64,000 nucleotides of DNA. Source: an uncultured Chthonomonadaceae bacterium (lineage in GTDB: Bacteria > Armatimonadota > Chthonomonadetes > Chthonomonadales > Chthonomonadaceae). Below, piece after piece: positions 40,770 to 50,653 of this stretch. Below the pieces are notes generated by a model that was given only the letters and a program-made list of their open reading frames with translations, searched no databases and was not told the origin of the DNA. Positions within the stretch are counted from its first letter, which is position 1, and each line of letters opens with the position of its first letter. Both the position numbers and the translations under genes were made by a program. The stretch is from NCBI GenBank assembly GCA_963835065.1, contig CAWIEK010000012.1:1-64000 (forward strand), read 5' to 3'.

Positions 40770-42482
40770 ATGATAAGCCACAAGTCCGCCGCTATTTTTG
40801 CTGTAAATTGGCTCCGCCTCGTCCTGTTGTTGCTTTTGCCTGTGGTGGCGGGATGCCGTCATGTCGCGCCAACCGTTCTCGCAAACGCCGCGCCCTTGCC
40901 GGCAGGCGAGTTTTGCCTGCAGGATACCGCTGCCGCGCATGGCATCCACTTTCAGCACCATTACGGCTCCCGGTCGCCGATTACCATTGTGGAGGCGATG
41001 GGCAGCGGGTGCGCGTTTTTCGATTACGACAACGACGGGTGGCAGGACGTTTTTCTGGTGAGCGCCGGGCAGGATTTTCAACTGCCCCGGCAGAAGATGG
41101 AAAGCAAGCTGTACCACAACAACGGCGATGGCACGTTTACGGATGTTACCGCGTCTTCGGGGATAGTGATTGACGGGTACGCGATGGGCTGCTGCGTTGG
41201 CGATTATGATAATGATGGCCGAGACGATCTGTTCGTGAGCGGGTACGGACGCTGCTGGCTGTTTCGGAACCTGGGGAACGGCAAATTTCAGGACGTGACC
41301 AAAGAAGCGGGCCTTGTGCCCCGACCGGGAGCGTGGGGCATGGGCTGCGCCTTCGTGGATGTAAACCGGGATGGCCTGCTGGATTTGTATGTCGCCAACT
41401 ATGTGCAGTACGATCCGAAAATCCCCCTGTGCCGCTCTGCCAACGTAATGCACGGCTGTACCCCCAACCAGTACGCGACGCAGGCCAACAATCTTTACAT
41501 CAATCAGGGGCATGGCCGGTTTGTGGATAAAGCCAAAGAGTTGGGCGCGGATGATCCGAATGGCGCGGGGTTGGGCGTAGTCGTGTGCGATTTCGATGAG
41601 GACGGCTGGCCGGATATTTTCGTCGCCAACGACGGTACGCCCAACGCCCTGCTGCACAACGAACACGGGCATTTTCGCAATATCGGACTGGCTTCGGGAG
41701 TGGCGTTTGGAGAGGGCGGCGTGATGCGGGCGGGCATGGGAACCAGCGTGGGCGATTACGATGGGGATGGGCATCTTGATCTGGTTGTCACCAATTTTCA
41801 GCATGAACCCGTTTCCGTCTTTCACAACGACATGCAGCAGTCGTTTACGGATGCCTCCTTTCGCAGTGGCGTGGGTACGCCAACTCTCAATCGCTTGAAG
41901 TTCGGCATTGTTTTTGCGGACTTGAACGGGGATGGCAGGGAGGACTTGTACATCGGCAACGGTCATGTGTACGACAATGTAGCCGCGTTTGACGATTCGG
42001 CCACGTTCGAGCAGCCGGACCAGATACTTATCAATCAGGGCAAGGGATGGTTCGCGGAATTGCTGCCGACTGCGGGCGTGTTTCAGCCTGTCCCTTCGGT
42101 AACGCGCTCCATTGCCACAGGCGATTTTAATAATGATGGCGCAACCGACCTGCTCATCAACAGCCTGGGACGCCCCGCGCGCCTGCTGGAAAACCACTTC
42201 ACCCATCCCGGACACTGGCTCGGAATCAAACTGGTGGGAACGCGCAGCAACCGCAGCGCGATTGGGGCGCGGCTGGAATTGCATACCCCAAACGGCGTTC
42301 AGGTGCGCGAGGTGTGCAGTGGCGGCAGCTATCTGGCGCAATCCGATCTGCGCGGTTTGTTCAATCTTGGCAATGTTTCAGACCCGCGCGCATTATCCCT
42401 GCGTATCCGCTGGCCGAGCGGAACCCCGCAGACCTGGCAGCCGACGCGCCTGGACGCTTACGTGACGATACAGGAACCATAA
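40770..42482 (+). CDS. CRTAC1-family protein (FG-GAP repeats + ASPIC/UnbV), probable lipoprotein
   Basis: Repeated DYDNDG..D motifs; SNRSAIGA...GGSYLAQSD...IRWPSG; VAGC lipobox. Confidence 0.92.
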   Translation: MISHKSAAIFAVNWLRLVLLLLLPVVAGCRHVAPTVLANAAPLPAGEFCLQDTAAAHGIHFQHHYGSRSPITIVEAMGSGCAFFDYDNDGWQDVFLVSAGQDFQLPRQKMESKLYHNNGDGTFTDVTASSGIVIDGYAMGCCVGDYDNDGRDDLFVSGYGRCWLFRNLGNGKFQDVTKEAGLVPRPGAWGMGCAFVDVNRDGLLDLYVANYVQYDPKIPLCRSANVMHGCTPNQYATQANNLYINQGHGRFVDKAKELGADDPNGAGLGVVVCDFDEDGWPDIFVANDGTPNALLHNEHGHFRNIGLASGVAFGEGGVMRAGMGTSVGDYDGDGHLDLVVTNFQHEPVSVFHNDMQQSFTDASFRSGVGTPTLNRLKFGIVFADLNGDGREDLYIGNGHVYDNVAAFDDSATFEQPDQILINQGKGWFAELLPTAGVFQPVPSVTRSIATGDFNNDGATDLLINSLGRPARLLENHFTHPGHWLGIKLVGTRSNRSAIGARLELHTPNGVQVREVCSGGSYLAQSDLRGLFNLGNVSDPRALSLRIRWPSGTPQTWQPTRLDAYVTIQEP

Positions 42483-44002
42483 TGAACCGAAACTTGCAGG
42501 GCGCGATGGTATCAGCGGCGATTATAGCGGGTGGCTGGGGATGCGGCAAGTCCGCGCCGCCTGCCGCCATTGTACCAACTTCTGATGTCGCGCCGCCTGC
42601 CTCCGTTGCGCCGCCTGCTTCTGTTGTGCCTTCTTCTCCCGTCGGGCCGACAACTCCGCCTGTTGCTTCCTCCCTGCCCGCTCCCCCGGCAGGCGTGGAC
42701 AACCTACTTGCTCCCCCGTCGGCAACTCCCCTTGCGCCCATTTCCGGTACGCCGGTTTCGCCTGCTCCTCCCAAGCCGATAACGGATTACGCGACGGCGG
42801 CGCAGCAGGTCGAAGCCACCCTTCGCGCGCATCCGAAAGACTACGAACTGCAAATCAACGCCGCCCGTTTCTACATGCAGACCAATCACCACGAGGCCGC
42901 CATTCCCCATTTGCAGGCTGCCGCCCGGCTTGATCCGCATCAGGTTCTGCCCTGGATTGCGCTAGGAGACGCCTGTACGCTGTCCGGCCATTTCGCGCAG
43001 GCGGCGCAGGCTTACAATCACGCGGATACCCTGGAACCCTCCAATCCTTTAATTGCGCGCGGCAGGGGCCAGCTTCTGCTGCTTCAAAAACGCTTCGAGG
43101 AAGCGCGGCAAACCCTGGAAGCCAGCCTGAAACGCCATCCCGATGATGTGGAAACCCGCACCGCCCTGGGAAATCTCTACCTTGTGCTGAACCGGACGCG
43201 CAAAGCCGTGGAAACATTGCAGCCCGCCGTTGCCGCCGCCCCCAACCGCCCCGACCTGCATCTGCTGTTGGGAGAAGCCTACGAGCGCGACCTGCATCTG
43301 GAAGCCGGGATTGCGGAAATGCGCGAAGCCACGCGCCTGGAGCCGCGACTCGCGGAAGCCTGGGGGCGGGAAGGATTGTATCTGATCAATCTGACGCGCT
43401 ATAAAGAAGCCCGCCCGCCACTGGAACAAGCGATTGCGCTGGAACCGGGCGAAGGGCACTACTATTGGGCGCTGGGCGACTCCTATCTGCTGGAATCAAC
43501 CGACGCGGCGAACTTTGAACAGGCGATCCAACTCTACCGGAAAGCGCTGGCACTGGACCCGAAAAACGATAAAGCGCTGTACTCCTGCGCTATGGCCCTG
43601 ACCCGCAGAGGCCGCCCGGGGGATTTGGAAGAGTCGGTTGGCCTGCTCAAGCGCCTGATCGCCATCAATCCTATAGACACGAATGCGGAGTACAAACTGG
43701 CGGAAACCTACCGGCGACTCGGACGCCCCGCAGACGCGGCAAAGCATCGCGCCCGCTTCGATGCGCTGTTCGCAAAGGGGCGCGTCCAAACCCGGCAACT
43801 GTATGCCGCCACTGCCACGCGGGACACGGCGCAGGCGCATTTGCTGTTGGGACGCGAAGCCCTGAAGCGCAAAAACTACGCGCAAGCCTCGCAGGAGTTT
43901 CAGCAGGCGCTGCAGCGCGACCAATCCCTCTCCGAAGCGCGGAACGGAATGTTGCAGGCGCAAAAGAATCTGGGACTGATTGGCGGAAAGAGTCAGCCCT
44001 AG
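42482..44002 (+). CDS. TPR lipoprotein with Pro-rich linker
   Basis: TAATG coupling to the upstream gene; GWGC lipobox-like site; many TPRs. Confidence 0.85.
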   Translation: MNRNLQGAMVSAAIIAGGWGCGKSAPPAAIVPTSDVAPPASVAPPASVVPSSPVGPTTPPVASSLPAPPAGVDNLLAPPSATPLAPISGTPVSPAPPKPITDYATAAQQVEATLRAHPKDYELQINAARFYMQTNHHEAAIPHLQAAARLDPHQVLPWIALGDACTLSGHFAQAAQAYNHADTLEPSNPLIARGRGQLLLLQKRFEEARQTLEASLKRHPDDVETRTALGNLYLVLNRTRKAVETLQPAVAAAPNRPDLHLLLGEAYERDLHLEAGIAEMREATRLEPRLAEAWGREGLYLINLTRYKEARPPLEQAIALEPGEGHYYWALGDSYLLESTDAANFEQAIQLYRKALALDPKNDKALYSCAMALTRRGRPGDLEESVGLLKRLIAINPIDTNAEYKLAETYRRLGRPADAAKHRARFDALFAKGRVQTRQLYAATATRDTAQAHLLLGREALKRKNYAQASQEFQQALQRDQSLSEARNGMLQAQKNLGLIGGKSQP

Positions 44003-44030
44003 AATGCGCCATTATAATGAAGAGGCAATT

Positions 44031-45768
44031 ATGAAATCGAAAGAGCTGTGTTGTCTGCTTGGCGACAATGCTGCTCGGTCGTGCATGGCATTAGCAGGGA
44101 TGTGTACATTCGCCCGCCAAAGACGCCTGTCTGCCGCAGCTCCAACGTCCGCGCCGATTGTCACCACCCGCCGTAAACGGCTTTCGAGACATTTCCGTTG
44201 CGAGTGGGCTGGCCGCGTTTCTGCATTGTGACGGCAGCAGCGGCAAAAAGTTTTTCCCGGAGCAGATGGGCGGCGGCGTGGCGATCTTCGATTATGACGG
44301 CGACGGCTGGCCGGACGTGTATTTCTGTTCGGGCGCGGCTCTGCCCGGTTACAAAGGTCCTGCCCCGCGCAATTACCTGTTTCGCAACAAGCACGACGGC
44401 ACGTTTGAAGATGTCACCCTGAAAGCAGGCGTCGCTTGCAACCAGTATTGCATCGGCGTGGCGGTGGGCGATTATGACAACGACGGACGGCTTGATTTGT
44501 ACGTGACCGGCTTCGGCGGGAACACGCTGTACCATAATAACGGCGATGGCACATTTACCGACGTGACCGAAAAGGCGCATGTGCGCGGCGGCAAGCTTTC
44601 CAGCAGCGCGACGTGGGTGGATGTGGACGGCGACGGGTATCTCGACTTGTTCGTGTGCAACTACGTTCAGTACCGGCTTGACGAGGACTTGTACTGCAAT
44701 AAAGTTCCCGGTCACAAGAGCTACTGCGGCCCGAACCTGTACAAGCCGGAACACTGTACGCTGTACCACAACAACCATGACGGCACGTTTACCGATATTT
44801 CCAAAGCGGCGGGACTGCTGAAAGAAGCCGGCAACGGGCTTGGCGTGGTTGCCATAGATTACGATGAGGACGGCAAGCCCGATATTTTTGTCGCCAACGA
44901 TCAATCCCCCAACCACCTGTGGCACAACAACGGCAACGGCACGTTCACCAACGTGGCCCCGGAAATGGGAACGGCGTTCGGGGAACAGGGAACCGCCAAG
45001 GCGGGCATGGGCGTGGATTTCGGCGATTATGACAACGACGGCAAATACGATGTGGTTGTCAGCAATTTCAGCGAGGAGGCGGATGCGCTGTACCACTGGT
45101 CGGAGGGCGTATACCGGGATGTGGCGTTTTCAACCGGCATCGGGCCTTCCACGCTGATGTATTTAGGCTTTGGAACCGGCTTTCTGGATTATGACCGGGA
45201 TGGCCTGCTGGACATATTTTTCGCCAACGGGCATGTCATGGACGACATCGGGGAGTATTCCGATTCCATCTCGTGGGCGCAGTCGAACCTTCTGTTTCAC
45301 AACCGGGGCAACGGCACGTTTGAGAATGTCTCGCAGGCAACCGGCGTCAGTGAAGGCAAGCGCGTGGGACGGGGTACGGCGTTTGGAGACTTGTTCAATG
45401 ACGGCCACACCGATATTATCGTGTCCGCGCTACGCAGTCATCCCCTCGCGCTGAAAAACGAGTGCGCCCCGGACGCGCACTGGCTGGAACTGGATTTGCG
45501 CGCGAGTTGGGGCAACCCGCAGGCGATAGGCGCGCATGTCTGGCTCACGGCAGGGGGAACCACACAGCGCCGGGATGTGAAAACCGGCGGCAGTTATGCC
45601 TCGGCAAGCGATATTCGCCCCCTGTTCGGATTGGGGAGCCATACGCAGGTGGACGAACTCAAAATCAAGTGGCCGAGCGGCCAAACAACCGTCATAAAGG
45701 GACCGCCCATTGATCGCATCTTAAACATCCATGAGCCGCCCAAGCCACAAACGCTAGGCAAACGCTAA
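44031..45768 (+). CDS. Second CRTAC1-family protein; probable +1 frameshift before about 44160
   Basis: DYDGDG/DYDNDG repeats; AIGA...GGSYAS...FGLG...IKWPSG; the leader is in a different frame. Confidence 0.88.
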
Positions 45769-45784
45769 GAATTCCGGCATAAGT

Positions 45785-45831
45785 TTGCCCTTCTCCCAAA
45801 GTTGGGAGAAGGGGTCAGGGGTTGAGGGCAA
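45785..45831. repeat. REP-like palindrome between convergent genes
   Basis: CCCTTCTCCCAA-AG-TTGGGAGAAGGG followed by GTCAGGGGTTGAGGG. Confidence 0.7.
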
Positions 45832-45847
45832 GAATAGGCTCTAAGGT

Positions 45848-46627
45848 CTATTTGCTGTCCTTACCCAAACTCAGGGAGTGACAGTTGGTGTCGCCGCCGC
45901 CCGTGTTCTCTCGCCCGTCGGGACAGTAGGAGAACCAGTTCATATCGTGATTGGTGTTCCAGCTTGGCGTTTTGTAGGACAGGCGGAAAACTTTGGTATG
46001 TCCATCGGCATACGCGGCAACCAACTGGCGGTCATTGGGCGGCAGGATGGGAGTTGCGGTGGGATGTACGCCGCCGTAGATCGGCAGTTTTTCCTTGTGG
46101 AAAGACGACGCCTCAAAGATCATGATCTGTTGGGCGGGTGTGGCAATCGCGGCATCTTTCGCGCCCTCCTGGACATTGCCGTCTCCGGCTGCGTCGAAGG
46201 CGTGGCGGAAGAAATACGAAGTGGGATGTCCCCACCAGGTTTCGTTCGACCAGGGCCAGCCGGTGCTGCTGCGCCCCCAGAAGTTTTCTCCGGTATCGCT
46301 GGGACAGGTAAATATCTGCTCGTTCTTGACGTAGGGTTTGGCGAAGTAGTAGGTGCCACCGCCCATCATACGGACGATGTTTTGCCCATCCGCTGCGGTT
46401 GCCGGCATCGTCGGCAGCATGCCGGAGGCGAAGAGCCTTTCATCGTAGTCGGAGGAGTACATGCGCAGCGCGAGGGCGATCTGCTTCAGGTTGCTGGTGC
46501 AGCTTGCCTCGCGCGCTTTTTCGCGGGCTTGCGCAAACACCGGGAACAGGATCGCGGCTAAAATGGCGATAATGGCGATGACGACGAGCAATTCGATCAG
46601 AGTAAACGCCGCTTTCATACGAATCAT
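45848..46627 (-). CDS. Prepilin-type N-terminal cleavage/methylation protein (DUF1559-like)
   Basis: [51 protein letters not shown]. Confidence 0.92.
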   Translation of the reverse strand: MIRMKAAFTLIELLVVIAIIAILAAILFPVFAQAREKAREASCTSNLKQIALALRMYSSDYDERLFASGMLPTMPATAADGQNIVRMMGGGTYYFAKPYVKNEQIFTCPSDTGENFWGRSSTGWPWSNETWWGHPTSYFFRHAFDAAGDGNVQEGAKDAAIATPAQQIMIFEASSFHKEKLPIYGGVHPTATPILPPNDRQLVAAYADGHTKVFRLSYKTPSWNTNHDMNWFSYCPDGRENTGGGDTNCHSLSLGKDSK

Positions 46628-46670
46628 TTCTATCTCCTTTGCAGAATGACTGCGAATAACGTCGCGCGCT

Positions 46671-46952
46671 TCAGTGGCTGGGCGGCGTGAAATTATACCC
46701 CCCCATGCTTCCGGGCGCTTTTCCCTGCGCGCCTGCGCTGCCGGCAAACCCCCCGGAGTTTCCAGCTCCTGGAACCGCAATCGGAGGATTATAAAATCTG
46801 CCGGTCTCCTGCACTTTCTTCATCGCGTCCTCACTGCCGGTCGTCTGCTTTGCATGGGAAGGGTTGAGAACACGAAAACCTATAACGACAACAACGCAGA
46901 GAATCACTCCTAACGTCACCCACATGACAACCGGGTTTACTTCCTGTTTCAC
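46671..46952 (-). CDS. Small single-TM protein upstream of the pilin-like gene
   Basis: AAGGAGGTGA RBS, GTG start, KQEVNP followed by a TM helix. Confidence 0.75.
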   Translation of the reverse strand: MKQEVNPVVMWVTLGVILCVVVVIGFRVLNPSHAKQTTGSEDAMKKVQETGRFYNPPIAVPGAGNSGGFAGSAGAQGKAPGSMGGYNFTPPSH

Positions 46953-47083
46953 AAGTATCACCTCCTTTTTCTCAAAGGCTGTGCATTTAGTGGCACATTG
47001 CCAAGCAACCTATAGTAAGAATTAGTCCTCACTATCTACCTGCTTCGCCACTGTATGTGCAAACTCCTTTATTTCCGACAGGG

Positions 47084-47105
47084 AACTTGAAAAATTTTCC
47101 AAGTT
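47084..47105. promoter_or_regulatory. Near-perfect 22-bp palindrome, candidate operator
   Basis: AACTTGAAAAATTTTCCAAGTT. Confidence 0.45.
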
Positions 47106-47247
47106 TTTTTCTGAGACGGTTAAAGAGTGTCTAAACGATAGGATTATTTGCGATTTTACGATGAAAACATGCCCGACTGTGAAATATACCGGAATGAAGG
47201 GCTAAGATCAGGCTTCTTTTCCTCCATTAGCGCTCTGCTTACGCGCA

Positions 47248-47284
47248 AGACAGGGCGCGAACCAAAATGGTCCGCGCCCTGTCT
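47248..47284 (-). terminator. Hairpin downstream of the CorC-like gene
   Basis: AGACAGGGCGCG...CGCGCCCTGTCT. Confidence 0.55.
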
Positions 47285-47372
47285 GCACCGTGCCGTCAGC
47301 AATAGTGGATTGCGCTTTTGCGCTGCAAAATCAACACAAGCAAAAGAAAAAACCGTGTAATTGTGGCGTAGT

Positions 47373-49073
47373 CTACCTTCGGGAGAAACGAGGCGCGGTT
47401 TCCGCGCTCCCAATGTCTACGTAACGGCGGGCGGGTTGATTTGTCGGCGTGTTTTCCTGATTTCGGGAGTGTTCGGTATCGGGCCTGTCGCGTTCCCGGT
47501 CCGTCGCTTCGCTTCGCGCTTCGGGGTGGCGTATCAGGCGCACTTTGGTAATGCGGCGTCCGTCCGTCGCTTCGACAACAAATTCGATGTTTTGCCAGAA
47601 CGCGCGTTCGCCCTGAGTCGCCGCGTGACCGAGCAGGCCGAACACGAAGCCGCCAATCGTGTCCGCGTCCTCTTCCGGCATTTCCAGCCCCATGCGCTCG
47701 TTGACATCGCCCAAACTCATTTTGCCGTCCAGAATGGTAGTCGTGCTGTCCAACACCTGAACCTGCGGCTCCTCCTGATCGTACTCGTCCTGAATGTCGC
47801 CGACGATCTCTTCCAGCACATCCTCAATCGTGACCAACCCCGACGTGACGCCGTACTCGTCGCGCACGATGGCAAGCGGCTGCTTGCTGCGCTTGAACTC
47901 GGCCAATAATGCGTTCACCTTTTTGGTTTCGGGAATGAAATACGGGGCGCGCATCACGTCCTGAATGGGAACCGTATCACGGGAAACGTTGCCGGGCAAT
48001 TGCAGCAGGTCTTTGGCATGGATCACGCCCACGATGTTATCTAAATCGCCTTCATAAATGGGAATACGCGAGTGTCCTGATTGCGCGACAAGGCGTATCA
48101 GGTCGGGCATTTCACCTGCGGCGTCGAACGTGGTCAGGTCAATACGTGGCGTCATGATTTTGCGGGCAACGGTGTCGCCAAAGTCCAAAATGCCTGAAAT
48201 CATGTCTTTTTCCGCGTTGTCCACGACGCCCTGCTCCACGCCCTGCTCTACCAGAATTTCCAATTCTTCCTTGTTGACGGCGGCAATCGTGAAACTGGCT
48301 GTGCCGCCAAATGGCCGCACGACGAGATTGGAAAGTATCGTCAGGATGGTGACAAAGGGTGTCAGAACCGCCTGCAGCCAGCGAATGGGACGGGCAACCA
48401 CGAGGGCAAACGGTTCGGGGTTGCGCACAACCACGCTTTTCGGAGCCACTTCGCCGATCACGAGCGCGAGTACGGCAACAGGAAGCGTTACCAAAACAAG
48501 CGCAATGGAATGGGAGCGCGCGGCGATAAAGCCCGTCGCGTGAAGCGTGAGCCACTGGGCAAGCGGGCCGACGGCGGTTGTCGCGGCAAGCGCGGAAGAC
48601 AGCGTGGCGATGAACGTAATGCCCGTCTGAATGGTTGCCATCAGGCGCGTGGGATGCGCCAGCAGGGTTTCTATCAAGACGGCGCTGCGGTTGCCTTCTT
48701 CGGCCAGTTGCCGGACGCGCGTCCGGCGCACGGTAATCAACGAATACTCGGCGATAGAGAAAAAGGCGTTGATGCAGATCAGCACAAAAGCAATGACAAG
48801 TTTGAGCGGCTCAAATGTCTGCGGCTCGTAACTGCGGTACGAGGGGGCAGTGGGAGCCAGGTTTGCGACGATTTCCGCGTGTGTCGCCGTATTGGCGCTG
48901 TCCTGCGCCCACAGAAGGCTGCCCGCGCCCAGGAGCAGCGCGATCACCAGCATCCGGGCAAGGCCGCGCGCAATCCGGCCCTTTATTAAGTTTTCAGGGG
49001 AAGCAGGGGAAGATACCGGCATGACCGGCGGGATGGTTTGTTTTCGATTTCGTTTACGACTATGAGGTTCCAA
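47373..49073 (-). CDS. Hemolysin-family CNNM/CBS/CorC transporter (start codon uncertain)
   Basis: NAFFSIAEYS, GEVAPK, IMTPR, GHSRIPIY, DEYG...EDVLEEIVGDIQDEYD, TIGGF. Confidence 0.92.
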   Translation of the reverse strand: MEPHSRKRNRKQTIPPVMPVSSPASPENLIKGRIARGLARMLVIALLLGAGSLLWAQDSANTATHAEIVANLAPTAPSYRSYEPQTFEPLKLVIAFVLICINAFFSIAEYSLITVRRTRVRQLAEEGNRSAVLIETLLAHPTRLMATIQTGITFIATLSSALAATTAVGPLAQWLTLHATGFIAARSHSIALVLVTLPVAVLALVIGEVAPKSVVVRNPEPFALVVARPIRWLQAVLTPFVTILTILSNLVVRPFGGTASFTIAAVNKEELEILVEQGVEQGVVDNAEKDMISGILDFGDTVARKIMTPRIDLTTFDAAGEMPDLIRLVAQSGHSRIPIYEGDLDNIVGVIHAKDLLQLPGNVSRDTVPIQDVMRAPYFIPETKKVNALLAEFKRSKQPLAIVRDEYGVTSGLVTIEDVLEEIVGDIQDEYDQEEPQVQVLDSTTTILDGKMSLGDVNERMGLEMPEEDADTIGGFVFGLLGHAATQGERAFWQNIEFVVEATDGRRITKVRLIRHPEARSEATDRERDRPDTEHSRNQENTPTNQPARRYVDIGSAETAPRFSRR

Positions 49074-49959
49074 GAAATGTAACTCCCCCGACGCGCCGCG
49101 GGCTGCTGCTGTTTACGGTCGGGTGCGGCGACAAACGCGCTTGTAACGGCGCTGCCGAAGACATCGTAACCGATTTGGTGGCCTGTGTATGGAAAAACGC
49201 GCCCATGCGCTGACGCACGAACGGCATCATCCGAAACACCATGGCCGTAAGCAGAATAGCGAGTACCGCTCCCAAAATGACTTCCCGCAGGGAGTGGATG
49301 TTCGCTTCAACCCGGCTTTGCGCGACGAGTATTGCCAGCAAAATCGCCAGAAAGCCGATTGCTGTGTTGCGCACCGAGAAAAAAATGGTCATTGCCAGCA
49401 GAAACCCGATGGCGCTGTGACCGCTGATGATGCCCCCCCGCCAGGGAGAGCCGGTATTGCTGATCAGCTTGGAGATAATCACCACAAGCGTCAGCAGGAC
49501 AATTCCGAGTACCACCACGCCCGCAATGTTAGGCGTGGTGGTCGGGTCGGTAATCTGTTGTTGAATGTCGGTCAGATTTTTCTGGCCGAAAAAGATCAGG
49601 ACGCCGGCGATGATGGCATTGGCGGCTGCCAGCAGCACCGCGCCCGCCGCCACATCCTTCGCCAGTTTCGCCGCGGGGTTGTAGTTCTCCGTAATCATGT
49701 CTACGACGGCTTCGATGGCCGTGTTGAACATTTCCGCCACAATCACAAGCGTAATCGCAAAGACAAGCACCAGCATATCGCGGTTGTCCAACTTCAGCAT
49801 CAGTCCCGCCAGCAGCACCGCGACCAGCGTAAAAAAATGGTAGCGCATGTGGAGTTGGGTGCGAAAGCAGTGCAGCACTCCCTCCTGCGCATATTTGAAT
49901 CCCGACAGCGCATGTTTGCGTGGTTGTCGCACGAAATCTCCTTCAAATGGAGCAGCCAA
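49060..49959 (-). CDS. dgkA: Diacylglycerol/undecaprenol kinase fused to a PAP2-like domain
   Basis: EMFNTAIEAVVD, AKDVAAGAVL; C-terminal ISGHSA and QSRVEANIHS. Confidence 0.88.
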   Translation of the reverse strand: MAAPFEGDFVRQPRKHALSGFKYAQEGVLHCFRTQLHMRYHFFTLVAVLLAGLMLKLDNRDMLVLVFAITLVIVAEMFNTAIEAVVDMITENYNPAAKLAKDVAAGAVLLAAANAIIAGVLIFFGQKNLTDIQQQITDPTTTPNIAGVVVLGIVLLTLVVIISKLISNTGSPWRGGIISGHSAIGFLLAMTIFFSVRNTAIGFLAILLAILVAQSRVEANIHSLREVILGAVLAILLTAMVFRMMPFVRQRMGAFFHTQATKSVTMSSAAPLQARLSPHPTVNSSSPRRVGGVTFLGTS

Positions 49960-49962
49960 TAT

Positions 49963-50187
49963 CTACTCTCTTGACCCGTTCATGAACGCCCAAAATGTCA
50001 CATACTCATCGTTGATAAGCTGCGTCATGCGGATTGGAAATTCGCCGAGCCGGTACGCCGCGTCATGTTCCACGTTGGAACGGAGGGCGCGGGTCACTTC
50101 CGCTTCTTCCGCCGAGGTCATAGTCTCGTCGTCAGGGTCGAAATCATCCGGTTCCAGCACCCATGCTGACATATCCAAGTTACTCAT
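49963..50187 (-). CDS. Small acidic hypothetical protein
   Basis: Fills the ybeY-dgkA gap almost exactly, same strand. Confidence 0.55.
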   Translation of the reverse strand: MSNLDMSAWVLEPDDFDPDDETMTSAEEAEVTRALRSNVEHDAAYRLGEFPIRMTQLINDEYVTFWAFMNGSRE

Positions 50188-50194
50188 AAGCCTA

Positions 50195-50653
50195 TCACCC
50201 ACTCACCAACGCTACGCCCAAAACTTCTCGTTCTTTGGTTCGCATCTGTTCGGCTCCGGCTTCGGTTTCGTCTTCGTAGCCCAGCAGGTGCAGGACGCCG
50301 TGAACCGCGAGTAACGCCAGTTCCGTTTCCAGCGCGACGTGGTGCGTTTGCGCCTGCCGAACGGCGGTGTCTACGGAAATCACGACATCACCAAGCATTA
50401 CGGACATTCCCGGCACGACGGGAGGAACGGGCGCGTCCGGCGTTTGTTCCGTCAGGGCGAAGGAAAGCACGTCGGTTGGCTTGTCCATGCCCCGATATTT
50501 GCGGTTCATGGCGTGGACTTCGGCGTCATCCGTGAGCAGAACGCTTACCTCCGCGCGGGCGCGGCCTTCCATTTGCAGCAGGCGGCGCACCGCCTGGCGC
50601 AACGGGGTTGTCTTGACCGGGCGCTCCTGATTGTTCTGTAAAGTGACGGGCAT
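50195..50653 (-). CDS. ybeY: rRNA maturation endoribonuclease YbeY
   Basis: YRGMDKPTDVLSF, LGDVVIS, HGVLHLLGY. Confidence 0.93.
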   Translation of the reverse strand: MPVTLQNNQERPVKTTPLRQAVRRLLQMEGRARAEVSVLLTDDAEVHAMNRKYRGMDKPTDVLSFALTEQTPDAPVPPVVPGMSVMLGDVVISVDTAVRQAQTHHVALETELALLAVHGVLHLLGYEDETEAGAEQMRTKEREVLGVALVSG

